NCBI GenBank assembly: GCA_013694995.1
Contig: JACDBH010000006.1
Span: 21,435 to 85,434 of the forward strand
DNA: 64,000 bases
Direction of reading: 5' to 3'
Source of the DNA: Candidatus Saccharimonadota bacterium
GTDB lineage: Bacteria > Patescibacteriota > Saccharimonadia > Saccharimonadales > JACDBH01
Shown in pieces: positions 55,768 to 64,000 of this stretch. A program made the position numbers and the translations under genes. Below the pieces are notes generated by a model. It was not told the DNA's origin and ran no database searches. It was given only the letters and a program-made list of their open reading frames with translations. The number at the start of each line of letters is the position of its first letter. The stretch's first letter is position 1.

Positions 55768-57477
55768 TTAGCGAAGGATGCCGACAACAAACAAAAGCAC
55801 AACAACTACTAGGGCAGCAACCCATGTCAGCGGCCGAGTGGTGTAATGAATGACCTGCTGCGCAGCAGGATTCTGTAAGAGTGACTGGACGGGTGTTTTA
55901 GGCTTGGTTTCTTTGAACGGGCTTACAGTAACAGACTGAGCTGGCATAGAATTATCCTGTAAAACCGTTTGCCCAACCTGGAAGGCAATTTGTGGCTGCA
56001 AAGCCTCACGCTGCAATCGTTCCTGGCGCTGTTCATTGATGAATTCCTTGCCGTATGCAAGTTCCGGATTTTCAACGACTTTGCCGGTTTTTGCATCTTT
56101 TTCGATGCGGTGCCAGACACTGGTTTCTACCCGATGGCCGGGCTGAGTTTCGTAGGTTTCTTCGGTGATTGGCTGGTCTTCTGGTAGTTTTTTAGACTGT
56201 AGTTCGGGTTTTTCGGCATAAATTGTAGATTTCTCAGATCCGTTAGACCTCGCCTTTTCTGTAAGGGCTATTGGCTTTTCGACATTTGCAGCCGCGCCCA
56301 TTGTTTCAAAAGGCTTCGCAAGCGCACTAAACCCTCGCCGAGGCATTTCATAAACTAGTGGTGGTGGAACGCTTGGCGCGGCTTCATTGGTGTGCACCTT
56401 AGGTGCTTCCTGGCCGTTTTTAAAGAATTTTAAGCGCTCATCAACTGTTGCTAGGTTGGATTTTAGTTGTTCGAGCTTATTGTCTCGTTTCTTAAGCTCA
56501 ATTTTTGCCTTGGTTTCAGCTCGACGTTCACCGCGACGCCTACCTAACCACAAACCAACTAGGCCGCCGGATAGCACTCCACGCCTGAGGCCGCCTCGTT
56601 CGGCACGATATAAATCATCACTAGTATATTCATACTCTTTACGATCGCTAGAGGCACCGGCAACAGCGGCCCGTTCATAGCCGGCGTTTTCAATAGCTGG
56701 GTGGTTCAGACGGTCGATAACCTCAGTTTCAAGCGTAGTTTTATTAATGGGTTCAGTCGGCAAAGCTTCAGGAGTAACGGGCGCGCTAGAACTAGATACT
56801 GGTACTTCAGTAGGGTTTGCATCTACAGTTTCATTGGGAAATTTTTCGGCATGAGTTGGGCTATCCAGTTTAAAGGATTCGGGCTTTTTTGTTTGGTCAG
56901 GACCAACTTCGGTTGCCGTTAGCTGCGGATTCTCTTCCGCGCTTGAAACCGGTTCGCTTTCTGTGACCTTGCTAGCCTCGGGTACTTCAGGCAGCGTTAA
57001 TTCGGGCAGGCGAGCAGACTGAGCCTCCACAGGGGACTGAAAATCTGCATCCTCCTGCCTATCAGTTTCCGGCTGAGTTTCGGCCCGCGTTATAATCACG
57101 TCTTCTTCTGCAAATTCACCTTCCAGGTTTTGGGGGAGAGTTTTTTCTAATTTGAATTTATTCTTATCTAGATCCTTGTCTAGATCTTCTGCTCTAGTCT
57201 CATCTTCTAATTTAGTGTCAAGCTTATATGCTGGAGCTTTGAGCGATTTTTTATCTTTAACTTCTGGAGTTTCTTCTGCTTTTTTTCCGAATAATTCATC
57301 AAGTGGCTTTTCTTTAATATCCGCTGATTTTTTATCCGGTTTCGCAGACTCAGTTTTAACAGGCAACGGAATACGGGTGGTTTTCTTTTTCTTTTTTTTG
57401 CCCGTTTCGCTATCACCAGTTTTTTCTGGTTTTATACTTGATTCTGATGGTGACAACGGAAAATTTTCCATAGGCAT
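55768..57477 (-). CDS. low-complexity protein with C-terminal membrane anchor
   Basis: E/K/P-rich, 569 aa, terminal TM. Confidence 0.75.
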   Translation of the reverse strand: MPMENFPLSPSESSIKPEKTGDSETGKKKKKKTTRIPLPVKTESAKPDKKSADIKEKPLDELFGKKAEETPEVKDKKSLKAPAYKLDTKLEDETRAEDLDKDLDKNKFKLEKTLPQNLEGEFAEEDVIITRAETQPETDRQEDADFQSPVEAQSARLPELTLPEVPEASKVTESEPVSSAEENPQLTATEVGPDQTKKPESFKLDSPTHAEKFPNETVDANPTEVPVSSSSAPVTPEALPTEPINKTTLETEVIDRLNHPAIENAGYERAAVAGASSDRKEYEYTSDDLYRAERGGLRRGVLSGGLVGLWLGRRRGERRAETKAKIELKKRDNKLEQLKSNLATVDERLKFFKNGQEAPKVHTNEAAPSVPPPLVYEMPRRGFSALAKPFETMGAAANVEKPIALTEKARSNGSEKSTIYAEKPELQSKKLPEDQPITEETYETQPGHRVETSVWHRIEKDAKTGKVVENPELAYGKEFINEQRQERLQREALQPQIAFQVGQTVLQDNSMPAQSVTVSPFKETKPKTPVQSLLQNPAAQQVIHYTTRPLTWVAALVVVVLLFVVGILR

Positions 57478-57522
57478 GATATAGAGTAAATACTATACAA
57501 CTTTTTAGTATTTAATACAATA

Positions 57523-58176
57523 CTATTCTAGTGTTAGACTGATTGTTTGGCCATCGGTAGGCTTTAGAAAAGATATACCCTTGCCGGCGAAGTAAACCTC
57601 ACAACGCTCGTACATACTGATACGCCAATGGTCATTCCACATCCAGTCGTGGATTGGCATAATATATTTGGGATGCAGTTTATCGGATAATTTTATTCCA
57701 TCAATAGCAGAACCCCAGGGCCCCGCTAGAGGTAGAGCAAAAATTGCTTTGGATTTATCAACCTGGTAACTATCGCCAGGATGCGTCAATACCCCTAGTA
57801 CATCAACCAGAATATTATCCGCTGTAACGCCGCCACTTAGTGGTTCCATGCTTTCATGTTGGGCATGCTGGGCATGAATAAGTTGCGTGCTGTTATCGAC
57901 GTGGATGCCGCTGGCTGTCAGCTGGGCTTTTAAGGATGATGGGCTAACAATCTTTACATGCGGAAACCACTGAACCAGCTGCTGCACGAAGGGCAAGTAA
58001 AAATGGTCGAAGTGCTCATGAGTGATGGCGATTGCATCCAGGCGCTGCAAAGAGTTAGCCGTAAACAGCCCGGATTCAAAAGACATCTGGCCCGGGTCAA
58101 TCAGTACCGTGGCTTTCTCTGACTCCAATAACAGGCAGGCATGGACGTATTTGGTCAGCTTAAACTGTAGTGGCAT
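57523..58176 (-). CDS. metallo-beta-lactamase fold hydrolase
   Basis: HACL, IDPG, THEHFDH, HPGDS, PIHD. Confidence 0.9.
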   Translation of the reverse strand: MPLQFKLTKYVHACLLLESEKATVLIDPGQMSFESGLFTANSLQRLDAIAITHEHFDHFYLPFVQQLVQWFPHVKIVSPSSLKAQLTASGIHVDNSTQLIHAQHAQHESMEPLSGGVTADNILVDVLGVLTHPGDSYQVDKSKAIFALPLAGPWGSAIDGIKLSDKLHPKYIMPIHDWMWNDHWRISMYERCEVYFAGKGISFLKPTDGQTISLTLE

Positions 58177-58181
58177 TATAC

Positions 58182-58490
58182 TTACCCGCCAAAGGCAAAA
58201 TAAGCAGCAGCAGCCAGTACCACGACTATAACGATAACTAGCATGATAAGCATAGCGGGACCTTGCTTTTTAGCTGTAGCAACCGGTGCAGCTACGGGAG
58301 CTGGTGCTGACGAAATGGCAGTCTGGTCCCCTTCAGGAGCTTCTGGTGCCGGAGCTGGCGCAACCGGTTCGCTGGTGACAGGTGGCTGAGGGCCTTCTAC
58401 CGAAGCTTCTGTTGGTGCTGGTGCCACTGGTGGCACAGTAGATTCTGGTGGGTTGTTATTTTCCGATGGCGTGTTGTTGGATGGATCCAT
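58182..58490 (-). CDS. Pro-rich tail-anchored membrane protein
   Basis: AAGGA SD; C-terminal TM. Confidence 0.75.
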   Translation of the reverse strand: MDPSNNTPSENNNPPESTVPPVAPAPTEASVEGPQPPVTSEPVAPAPAPEAPEGDQTAISSAPAPVAAPVATAKKQGPAMLIMLVIVIVVVLAAAAYFAFGG

Positions 58491-58629
58491 ATATTTTCCT
58501 TATAGTTATATTGATTATTATCTTCTTACATTATACAGCATAAGCGTACCTCGAAGAGTCTGTAGATATAGCTTATGCAGTCGGAATTTTAATAGCTGCA
58601 TCTGTTATGCTATTAGGTAAGTATTAATC

Positions 58630-59466
58630 ATGATAGCTTGGTTTATCCGCCTCCTGAAACGTTTGGTCGTCCTGCTACTCGGTGGGGTATTTGTTTACGT
58701 TGCAGTCCGGAAAGTCTTCCCATTTTTTGACAACCGGGCTCCGGCCGCCTTGGCATTATTCGCAACCTATGTATTTACCGCCTATTTTCTCATTCCTGCA
58801 ACTGCACGCGTGTACCGGATCTTTGTGCGTGCCAAACATATTCCGCTGTACTGTGTTACGCCCGACGGCTATGCCAGCGACCCGATTAATATTGGCTTGA
58901 TTGGCACGCACGAACAGATTGAGAGCTCAATGCAAAAGGCTGGCTGGTTCACGACTGATAAGCGTACTATCCGCAGTTTAAGCCGCATGCTTATGGCATT
59001 GGTATTCCGCCGCCCTTACCCTACAGCACCTTTTAGCAACTTGTATTTGTTTGGCCGAAAGCAAGACCTGGGCTTCCAAAAACCAGTCGGCAGCAGCCCT
59101 TCTCATCGACATCATGTGCGTTTTTGGGCTTGCCACTTGGAAGGTCCCGAGGCTTTTCATCAGGATGTACGGTTCTGGCAGCGATTTCACCGCCCTAGTC
59201 GGGACAAAAGTAGCCGCCAGCTATGGGTTGGGGCAGCATCGCGGGATATCGGCATCGTACCGATCAGGCATAACGCCCAGCTGACTCACTCGATTGCGCC
59301 CGACACCAACGCTGAGCGCGAATTGATAGTGGAGGACCTACGCAACGCTCACAAGGTCGAAAAGACCCTCACTGAGCGGTTAGGAGAAGCCTACAAGCTC
59401 CGCAATAGAGCCTTCGGCGGCTACCTCCACACCGACGGCAAAATCCGAATTTGTATTTTGAAATAA
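58630..59466 (+). CDS. LssY C-terminal domain protein
   Basis: DPIN, YPTAPFSNL, QDLGFQ, RHHVRFW, WVGAAS.D, TDG. Confidence 0.88.
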   Translation: MIAWFIRLLKRLVVLLLGGVFVYVAVRKVFPFFDNRAPAALALFATYVFTAYFLIPATARVYRIFVRAKHIPLYCVTPDGYASDPINIGLIGTHEQIESSMQKAGWFTTDKRTIRSLSRMLMALVFRRPYPTAPFSNLYLFGRKQDLGFQKPVGSSPSHRHHVRFWACHLEGPEAFHQDVRFWQRFHRPSRDKSSRQLWVGAASRDIGIVPIRHNAQLTHSIAPDTNAERELIVEDLRNAHKVEKTLTERLGEAYKLRNRAFGGYLHTDGKIRICILK

Positions 59467-59532
59467 AATGAGAGAACCATTCCAGAAAATACCTTAAGCT
59501 TTGCTTGGGCCGCGCATGTCTGTCTCAATTAT

Positions 59533-61713
59533 TTAGTAGTAGAACCAACGGTCGACGCCATTCGTGTCAGTGACATCCCCAATCTTCCTAGCCTCGCCGC
59601 CATCAGTATTCAGAACATAATCTGCTGTCTCTTTACCGTCATTAATCCTATAGATGATGTACTTTTCATTCAACCAATAGACCGGCGTCTTGAGTCCACT
59701 CCGGTTGGCAATTGTTATTTCATTCTTTGTGGACTTGTCATAGTTTAGTAGCACGCCTTTGCCGTCACGAGTGTCTACCCAGAGACTAAAGTTATTACTG
59801 GGGTTATCGGCAAACACCCGGCTGTACTGCGAACTCGGGGCCGTGCCTACTTTAGCCCCTTCGGCTGAACCGATTGTGTAGGTGTACCAGGACGCGCCGG
59901 TGCTGATATCGAGAATATCGTATGAACTACGGAAGATGTTATAGACTTCTTTATCGAGGATAGTCTTAAGATTTGCTCCGTCCGGGTCGGCTACATAAAG
60001 CCCAGTGGCAGTATTTTCCTGGAAGATGTTCGACGGGGCGTAATACACCTTGTCTGCCACCATCATAACGTCATTGAAGGAATTTGAACTGGCTAGCTCT
60101 TTGACATCAGTGTAGTCCTTGTTATTAAAACTCATCAGCCGGTGGCGCTTAGGATCGGATCCGCTCGCCCCAGCCGCTATTTTTACATAAACCAATTGTC
60201 CAACTTTTGACCAGCCGACTATCTGTATCTGCTCCGACTGGTCAATCTTGACCAGTTCACCGTCTTTTGTGTCAACAACATAAAGTGTTGATAGTAGATA
60301 TCCACTGCCATTACGGACGTTCTCCCTCGAGGCTACGAATGCAGCGATGTTATCCTGCTGGTGCGACACCAGCGTAATGTCGTCGCGTTCCAGTCCGGTG
60401 CCAGGGACGATCTTGGTTTCGTTCTTGCCGTCGATATGGGCAGTGTAGACATCATACTTGCCGGAGCGCTTGGATACGAAGACGTGCTTACGATCCGGCA
60501 CCATATTGACACTCTGGGCTTCTTTATTGCTGACAGTTAGTTTGACGGTTTCGGTCCGATAATCCTTAGCGCTCAGATCTACAGAAATCTCGGCATCGTC
60601 CGCTTCTTCCCCCGTATCAAGTGTCAGAACAATTTTGCCTTCATTATCGGCGCTAGCATTACCATCACCCGATGTAGCTTCGACATTCTCGAGCGGTTTG
60701 TCGCTTAAATAATCTTTAACGTAAAAGGTATACTGGCTACCGACAGCACTAACCGTAAAGTCGCCAATCGGGTTGCTACCCCAGCCAACTATAATAAACT
60801 GCTCGCTGCTTGAAAATGCCCGCTTTTCAATTAAAAGCTTCGTGCGGCCTAGGCGAAGGTTTTCGAGTTTTACTTGGCCGTCACTGTCAGTCTGCCCACT
60901 GACCCGTGCGGCGCTGACCTTAACATTCTTGAGTGGCTGCATCGTACCGCCGTCAATCACCCGGACCTGCAACGATGACCTGACGCCCACTGTATTAAGG
61001 ACAAAATACCGGCTGTATGGCACCACAATTACTGCCAGAAGTAAGATAATAACGCTACTGATTACTCCCCAGCGTCCCGCCGGATTGGCCCAGATACTTC
61101 TAAAAAAGTTTCTAAGTCGGCCCTTTTGGGGCGACTTAGGCTCTACCTCTTCTTCGTCCAGGGCTTTTTCTAAATCGTCGGCGTCGAGTAACTTGTCACT
61201 CTCTTCGGCTACGATGTCGTCAATCGCCTTATCAGTAACGGCATCTTCTAAGACGTTGGCTTCATTATCCTCAGGAATAGGCTGTTCGGCCGGCTCTTCC
61301 TGGCCTATACCCTCAGCATCTTCAGTTTCATCAGTGTTTACAAGCCCGTCTGCTTCGTCAGATTCAGCGAGTTCTGTCTCTCCTGCCTCATCTAACTCTT
61401 CCGTTGCCTGCAAGGCATCTATAAGTTCATCACTAACCGGCGCATCGGGGTCAATGGCTTCTTCCAAAGCCTCGTCTTGATTGTTGCCAATCGGAATTTC
61501 GGTTTCAGTTTCCTCAGCACTCTCCACAGTTATTTTGGTCTTGCCTAAATCTGGAGCCATCTTTTTAAGCGACTCGTTGGTTTCTTGGGCAACAGCCGAA
61601 ATATCCTTCTCCGCTTCATCAAGGGACGAGGTAACTTTGATTGATTTAGGGGGCTTTATTGCTTCCTGAGCGTCTTTATCCGGCAACTCAGGAGTGCTTG
61701 CTGCACGTTTCAT
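59533..61713 (-). CDS. large membrane-anchored protein: acidic N-terminus, Ig/carboxypeptidase-regulatory-like repeats, beta-propeller-like C-terminus
   Basis: TM near residue 220; TDSDG; FVSKRSGKYDVY..DG. Confidence 0.75.
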   Translation of the reverse strand: MKRAASTPELPDKDAQEAIKPPKSIKVTSSLDEAEKDISAVAQETNESLKKMAPDLGKTKITVESAEETETEIPIGNNQDEALEEAIDPDAPVSDELIDALQATEELDEAGETELAESDEADGLVNTDETEDAEGIGQEEPAEQPIPEDNEANVLEDAVTDKAIDDIVAEESDKLLDADDLEKALDEEEVEPKSPQKGRLRNFFRSIWANPAGRWGVISSVIILLLAVIVVPYSRYFVLNTVGVRSSLQVRVIDGGTMQPLKNVKVSAARVSGQTDSDGQVKLENLRLGRTKLLIEKRAFSSSEQFIIVGWGSNPIGDFTVSAVGSQYTFYVKDYLSDKPLENVEATSGDGNASADNEGKIVLTLDTGEEADDAEISVDLSAKDYRTETVKLTVSNKEAQSVNMVPDRKHVFVSKRSGKYDVYTAHIDGKNETKIVPGTGLERDDITLVSHQQDNIAAFVASRENVRNGSGYLLSTLYVVDTKDGELVKIDQSEQIQIVGWSKVGQLVYVKIAAGASGSDPKRHRLMSFNNKDYTDVKELASSNSFNDVMMVADKVYYAPSNIFQENTATGLYVADPDGANLKTILDKEVYNIFRSSYDILDISTGASWYTYTIGSAEGAKVGTAPSSQYSRVFADNPSNNFSLWVDTRDGKGVLLNYDKSTKNEITIANRSGLKTPVYWLNEKYIIYRINDGKETADYVLNTDGGEARKIGDVTDTNGVDRWFYY

Positions 61714-61755
61714 CTAAGAGTTAGCATAACAGAAATCAACCTCTGTTAGCTAGTG

Positions 61756-62208
61756 CTAGCGGCGTTTTGCTGACTTCTTGCGCTTTTTACCGGCCGCGGA
61801 TTTTTTGCCGGAAGTTTTCTTTACTGGTTTCTTGGCAGCTATAGCTTTAGTACTTGCCTGGCTTGCGGGAGCCGCAACGACAGCGTCAGAAGATACACCG
61901 GCTTCATCCTGGATTAGTTTCCTAGCTACTAGTATGACAAAAATAAGGACGGCCAAGGCAATACCGCCCCACATGAATGCAGAAGAGAAGTTATTGTCGA
62001 CAGCTCGGTTTACACCTGTAACCCGTTCGCCGGTTTCGGTAACGTTCAGATCGGTTGCTTGCTGCTGGTTCAATACTTCATCGGTTGCGGCTGACTGGAA
62101 ATCACTTGCATTAGAGGAGCCGGGGTATTCGGTTGCGGCTTGAGGATTATCAGTCTCGGTGACGTTCTGAGTACTGTAAATTGCATCGTTAGATTGATTT
62201 TGTTCCAC
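61756..62208 (-). CDS. single-TM hypothetical protein with basic tail
   Basis: ORF; AAGGA SD. Confidence 0.7.
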   Translation of the reverse strand: MEQNQSNDAIYSTQNVTETDNPQAATEYPGSSNASDFQSAATDEVLNQQQATDLNVTETGERVTGVNRAVDNNFSSAFMWGGIALAVLIFVILVARKLIQDEAGVSSDAVVAAPASQASTKAIAAKKPVKKTSGKKSAAGKKRKKSAKRR

Positions 62209-62233
62209 TTTATATAATTCCTTTTACTTGCCC

Positions 62234-62695
62234 TTATTGTACCGTAAGTATGCCTTCATGTGAGGATAATAAATGATTATGGAAACCCCACTCCCCAGTT
62301 TTCTCCACACTAAAGGTCATTGTCTGGCCAGCCCTTACAACACCAACATTCAGTTCCGAGTTGCCGGTGTGGATAGGGTGCTCGTCGGATGCGAAATCAA
62401 GTGAGCGAGAAGAATCGTTCTTTATAGTAATCGTCTTGCCTGCAGTGACCGAATATGTATCCTCCTCAAAACCGCTATCGGTGTAGATTATGGTCAAGGC
62501 AGCCATTTCGGTGCTTGTCTCGGTGGATGTTTCGGCTTCAGATCCAAGTTCCTGGCCGTCGGCAGATTGTTCCGCCGTTTCAGTATTGATTGTAGGCGTT
62601 ATGCTTGCATCATCATTGTCATCTGGGCGCAGGGCAAAAACAGTCACCGCGCCTATAATAATTAGCCCGGCGATAATTATAACTGCTTTTTTCAT
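62234..62695 (-). CDS. cupredoxin-like membrane-anchored protein (His-only site)
   Basis: YTDSGF...ASDEHPIH...GEWGFHNHL. Confidence 0.75.
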   Translation of the reverse strand: MKKAVIIIAGLIIIGAVTVFALRPDDNDDASITPTINTETAEQSADGQELGSEAETSTETSTEMAALTIIYTDSGFEEDTYSVTAGKTITIKNDSSRSLDFASDEHPIHTGNSELNVGVVRAGQTMTFSVEKTGEWGFHNHLLSSHEGILTVQ

Positions 62696-63342
62696 GTCTT
62701 CTCCTTTATTGTTCTATTATTCATTTGCTTAAAATTATGAAAGTACTGATACATTAGGCAACTTAAAAGAATAATCGCGTAGAAAATCCATACAACTCGA
62801 AACCAGCCGGACTGGAGATGTTGCCCCAAGGCAAAGCCATGGATAAGAATCAGCACCATGGCTAAATCGCTCAAGGCTTGCAGCCACGGCTTCCAACGCT
62901 TACCGATATCAAACCGCGTCAATTCGTAACTGAGAAACAAAAAGAAGCTTAAAGTCCCAAGTAATGCCGCCCACTTCAGCATTGGGTCGACATAATTATT
63001 AAGGAAACTGCCCGGAGGCGGACCGAATCCATCGAGAAATAATCGGCCTATTAACAAGCTGGGGTGCAGCAGCAGGACTGCCAGCGCAACCCAACTTGTA
63101 ATTTTAAAGTACTGTTTAGTCAGTCCTTTTTCCATCCCTAAAACTTGGCGCAAAACCGAAACAATATAGTGGCTCAAAAAAATACTAAAAGCCAGCAGTC
63201 CAAATAGCGGGAAAAGTTTATACGCACTGAGACGGCTCAAATCCCAATCAATTCCTTGCAGAAAAACCAATACAGCAACCAGGCACAACGTGCTAGTAAT
63301 AAACCATGCTGTCCTCTGGAATTGGCTTGCGGTAAGTCTCAT
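62692..63342 (-). CDS. ferric-reductase-like / heme b membrane protein
   Basis: 6 TM with intramembrane His (SHY, LHP, IHG); start set to ATG 63342. Confidence 0.6.
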   Translation of the reverse strand: MRLTASQFQRTAWFITSTLCLVAVLVFLQGIDWDLSRLSAYKLFPLFGLLAFSIFLSHYIVSVLRQVLGMEKGLTKQYFKITSWVALAVLLLHPSLLIGRLFLDGFGPPPGSFLNNYVDPMLKWAALLGTLSFFLFLSYELTRFDIGKRWKPWLQALSDLAMVLILIHGFALGQHLQSGWFRVVWIFYAIILLSCLMYQYFHNFKQMNNRTIKEKT

Positions 63343-63368
63343 ACCTACAAGGTATAATATCAAAGATA

Positions 63369-64000
63369 ATGGTAAGAAAGGTGAAAAACGCAGTTGCATC
63401 AGAAGACACAGCCCGCCTGGCTGCCAATCATCTTGCTAAAAACGACCCCGTGTTAGCGCCGCTCATCGAACAATTTGGGCTGTGCACCATCCGCCCGCAT
63501 CAGGATTATTACCGAGAACTGGTCGAGAGTATTGTCGGACAGCAACTTAGCGTCAAGGCTGCCGCTAGCATTCGTAAGAAGTTCCTAGAGCTGTTCGGCG
63601 GCACATTCCCAGAACCTGAACTTTTATTACAAAAATCCGTTGAAGAGCTACGATCGGTCGGCTTTTCGGGCGCTAAAGTCCGATATGTGCAGGACCTGGC
63701 CCAGAACGTCTTGGAGGGCAAAGTGAAATTCGAAGAGATAGATGAATTAAGCAACAAGTCTGTCGTGAGTGAACTGACTGCCGGTAAAGGCATTGGCGAG
63801 TGGACGGCACATATGTTTTTGATGTTCTGCATGGGACGTTTGGACGTACTCCCAGTTGGTGACTTAGGTATCAGAAACGGCATCCAGCGGCTGTATGGAT
63901 TATCCACCTTGCCTGGCCCAGACGAGATTAAAGCGGTCGCCATTCAAGGCAATTGGCACCCTTATGAGTCCATAGCTGCTTGGTATATCTGGCAGTCGCT
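63369..64000 (+). CDS. alkA: DNA-3-methyladenine glycosylase II family (runs off window end)
   Basis: Manual translation: DPVL...IVGQQLSVKAA...KGIGEWTA...PVGDLGI (HhH-GPD). Confidence 0.9.
   Translation, partial: MVRKVKNAVASEDTARLAANHLAKNDPVLAPLIEQFGLCTIRPHQDYYRELVESIVGQQLSVKAAASIRKKFLELFGGTFPEPELLLQKSVEELRSVGFSGAKVRYVQDLAQNVLEGKVKFEEIDELSNKSVVSELTAGKGIGEWTAHMFLMFCMGRLDVLPVGDLGIRNGIQRLYGLSTLPGPDEIKAVAIQGNWHPYESIAAWYIWQS

Noticed and set aside
60773..61480. 235-aa plus-strand ORF and similar antisense ORFs
   Set aside because: Ser-rich shadows of real genes on the opposite strand.
63509..63943. 144-aa minus-strand ORF
   Set aside because: Shadow of alkA on the plus strand.
1..64000. CRISPR array, rRNA, integrase, transposase or prophage
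   Set aside because: No regularly spaced repeats, rRNA-like sequence or recombinase/phage ORFs seen; no distant duplicate of a tRNA 3' end suggesting att sites.

Overview
A 64-kb gene-dense chromosomal segment that most resembles Candidatus Saccharibacteria (Patescibacteria/CPR). This is inferred from CPR-type conserved proteins, many membrane-anchored orphans, single-domain receivers and frequent -10 boxes directly upstream of start codons; the window has no rRNA marker. It contains tilS (partial), all three CAU-anticodon tRNAs (Met, fMet, Ile2), two histidine kinase/receiver clusters, a GH10 glycosidase, a secreted beta-helix protein, CcdA/thioredoxin, a CsoR copper operon, cupredoxins, two ABC transporters, dus, a MurC-like ligase and alkA (partial). 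I saw no CRISPR array, rRNA, integrase or transposase. Most notable: (1) four tandem WhiB-like [4Fe-4S] regulators and an orphan Pup-ligase/Dop homologue, both hallmark Actinobacteria systems, suggesting a host-manipulation toolkit in an actinobacterial epibiont; (2) a 117-nt, ~97% identical double-hairpin element fused exactly to the 5' ends of two different tRNA genes 40 kb apart; (3) a ~500-nt highly structured non-coding element and an orphan sRNA with its own promoter and terminator; (4) a shared operator linking a MarR gene to a distant cupredoxin operon; (5) several micro-ORFs, 7-nt periodic repeats and pseudogenes missed by the ORF track. All family calls are from motif recognition by eye, not database searches.
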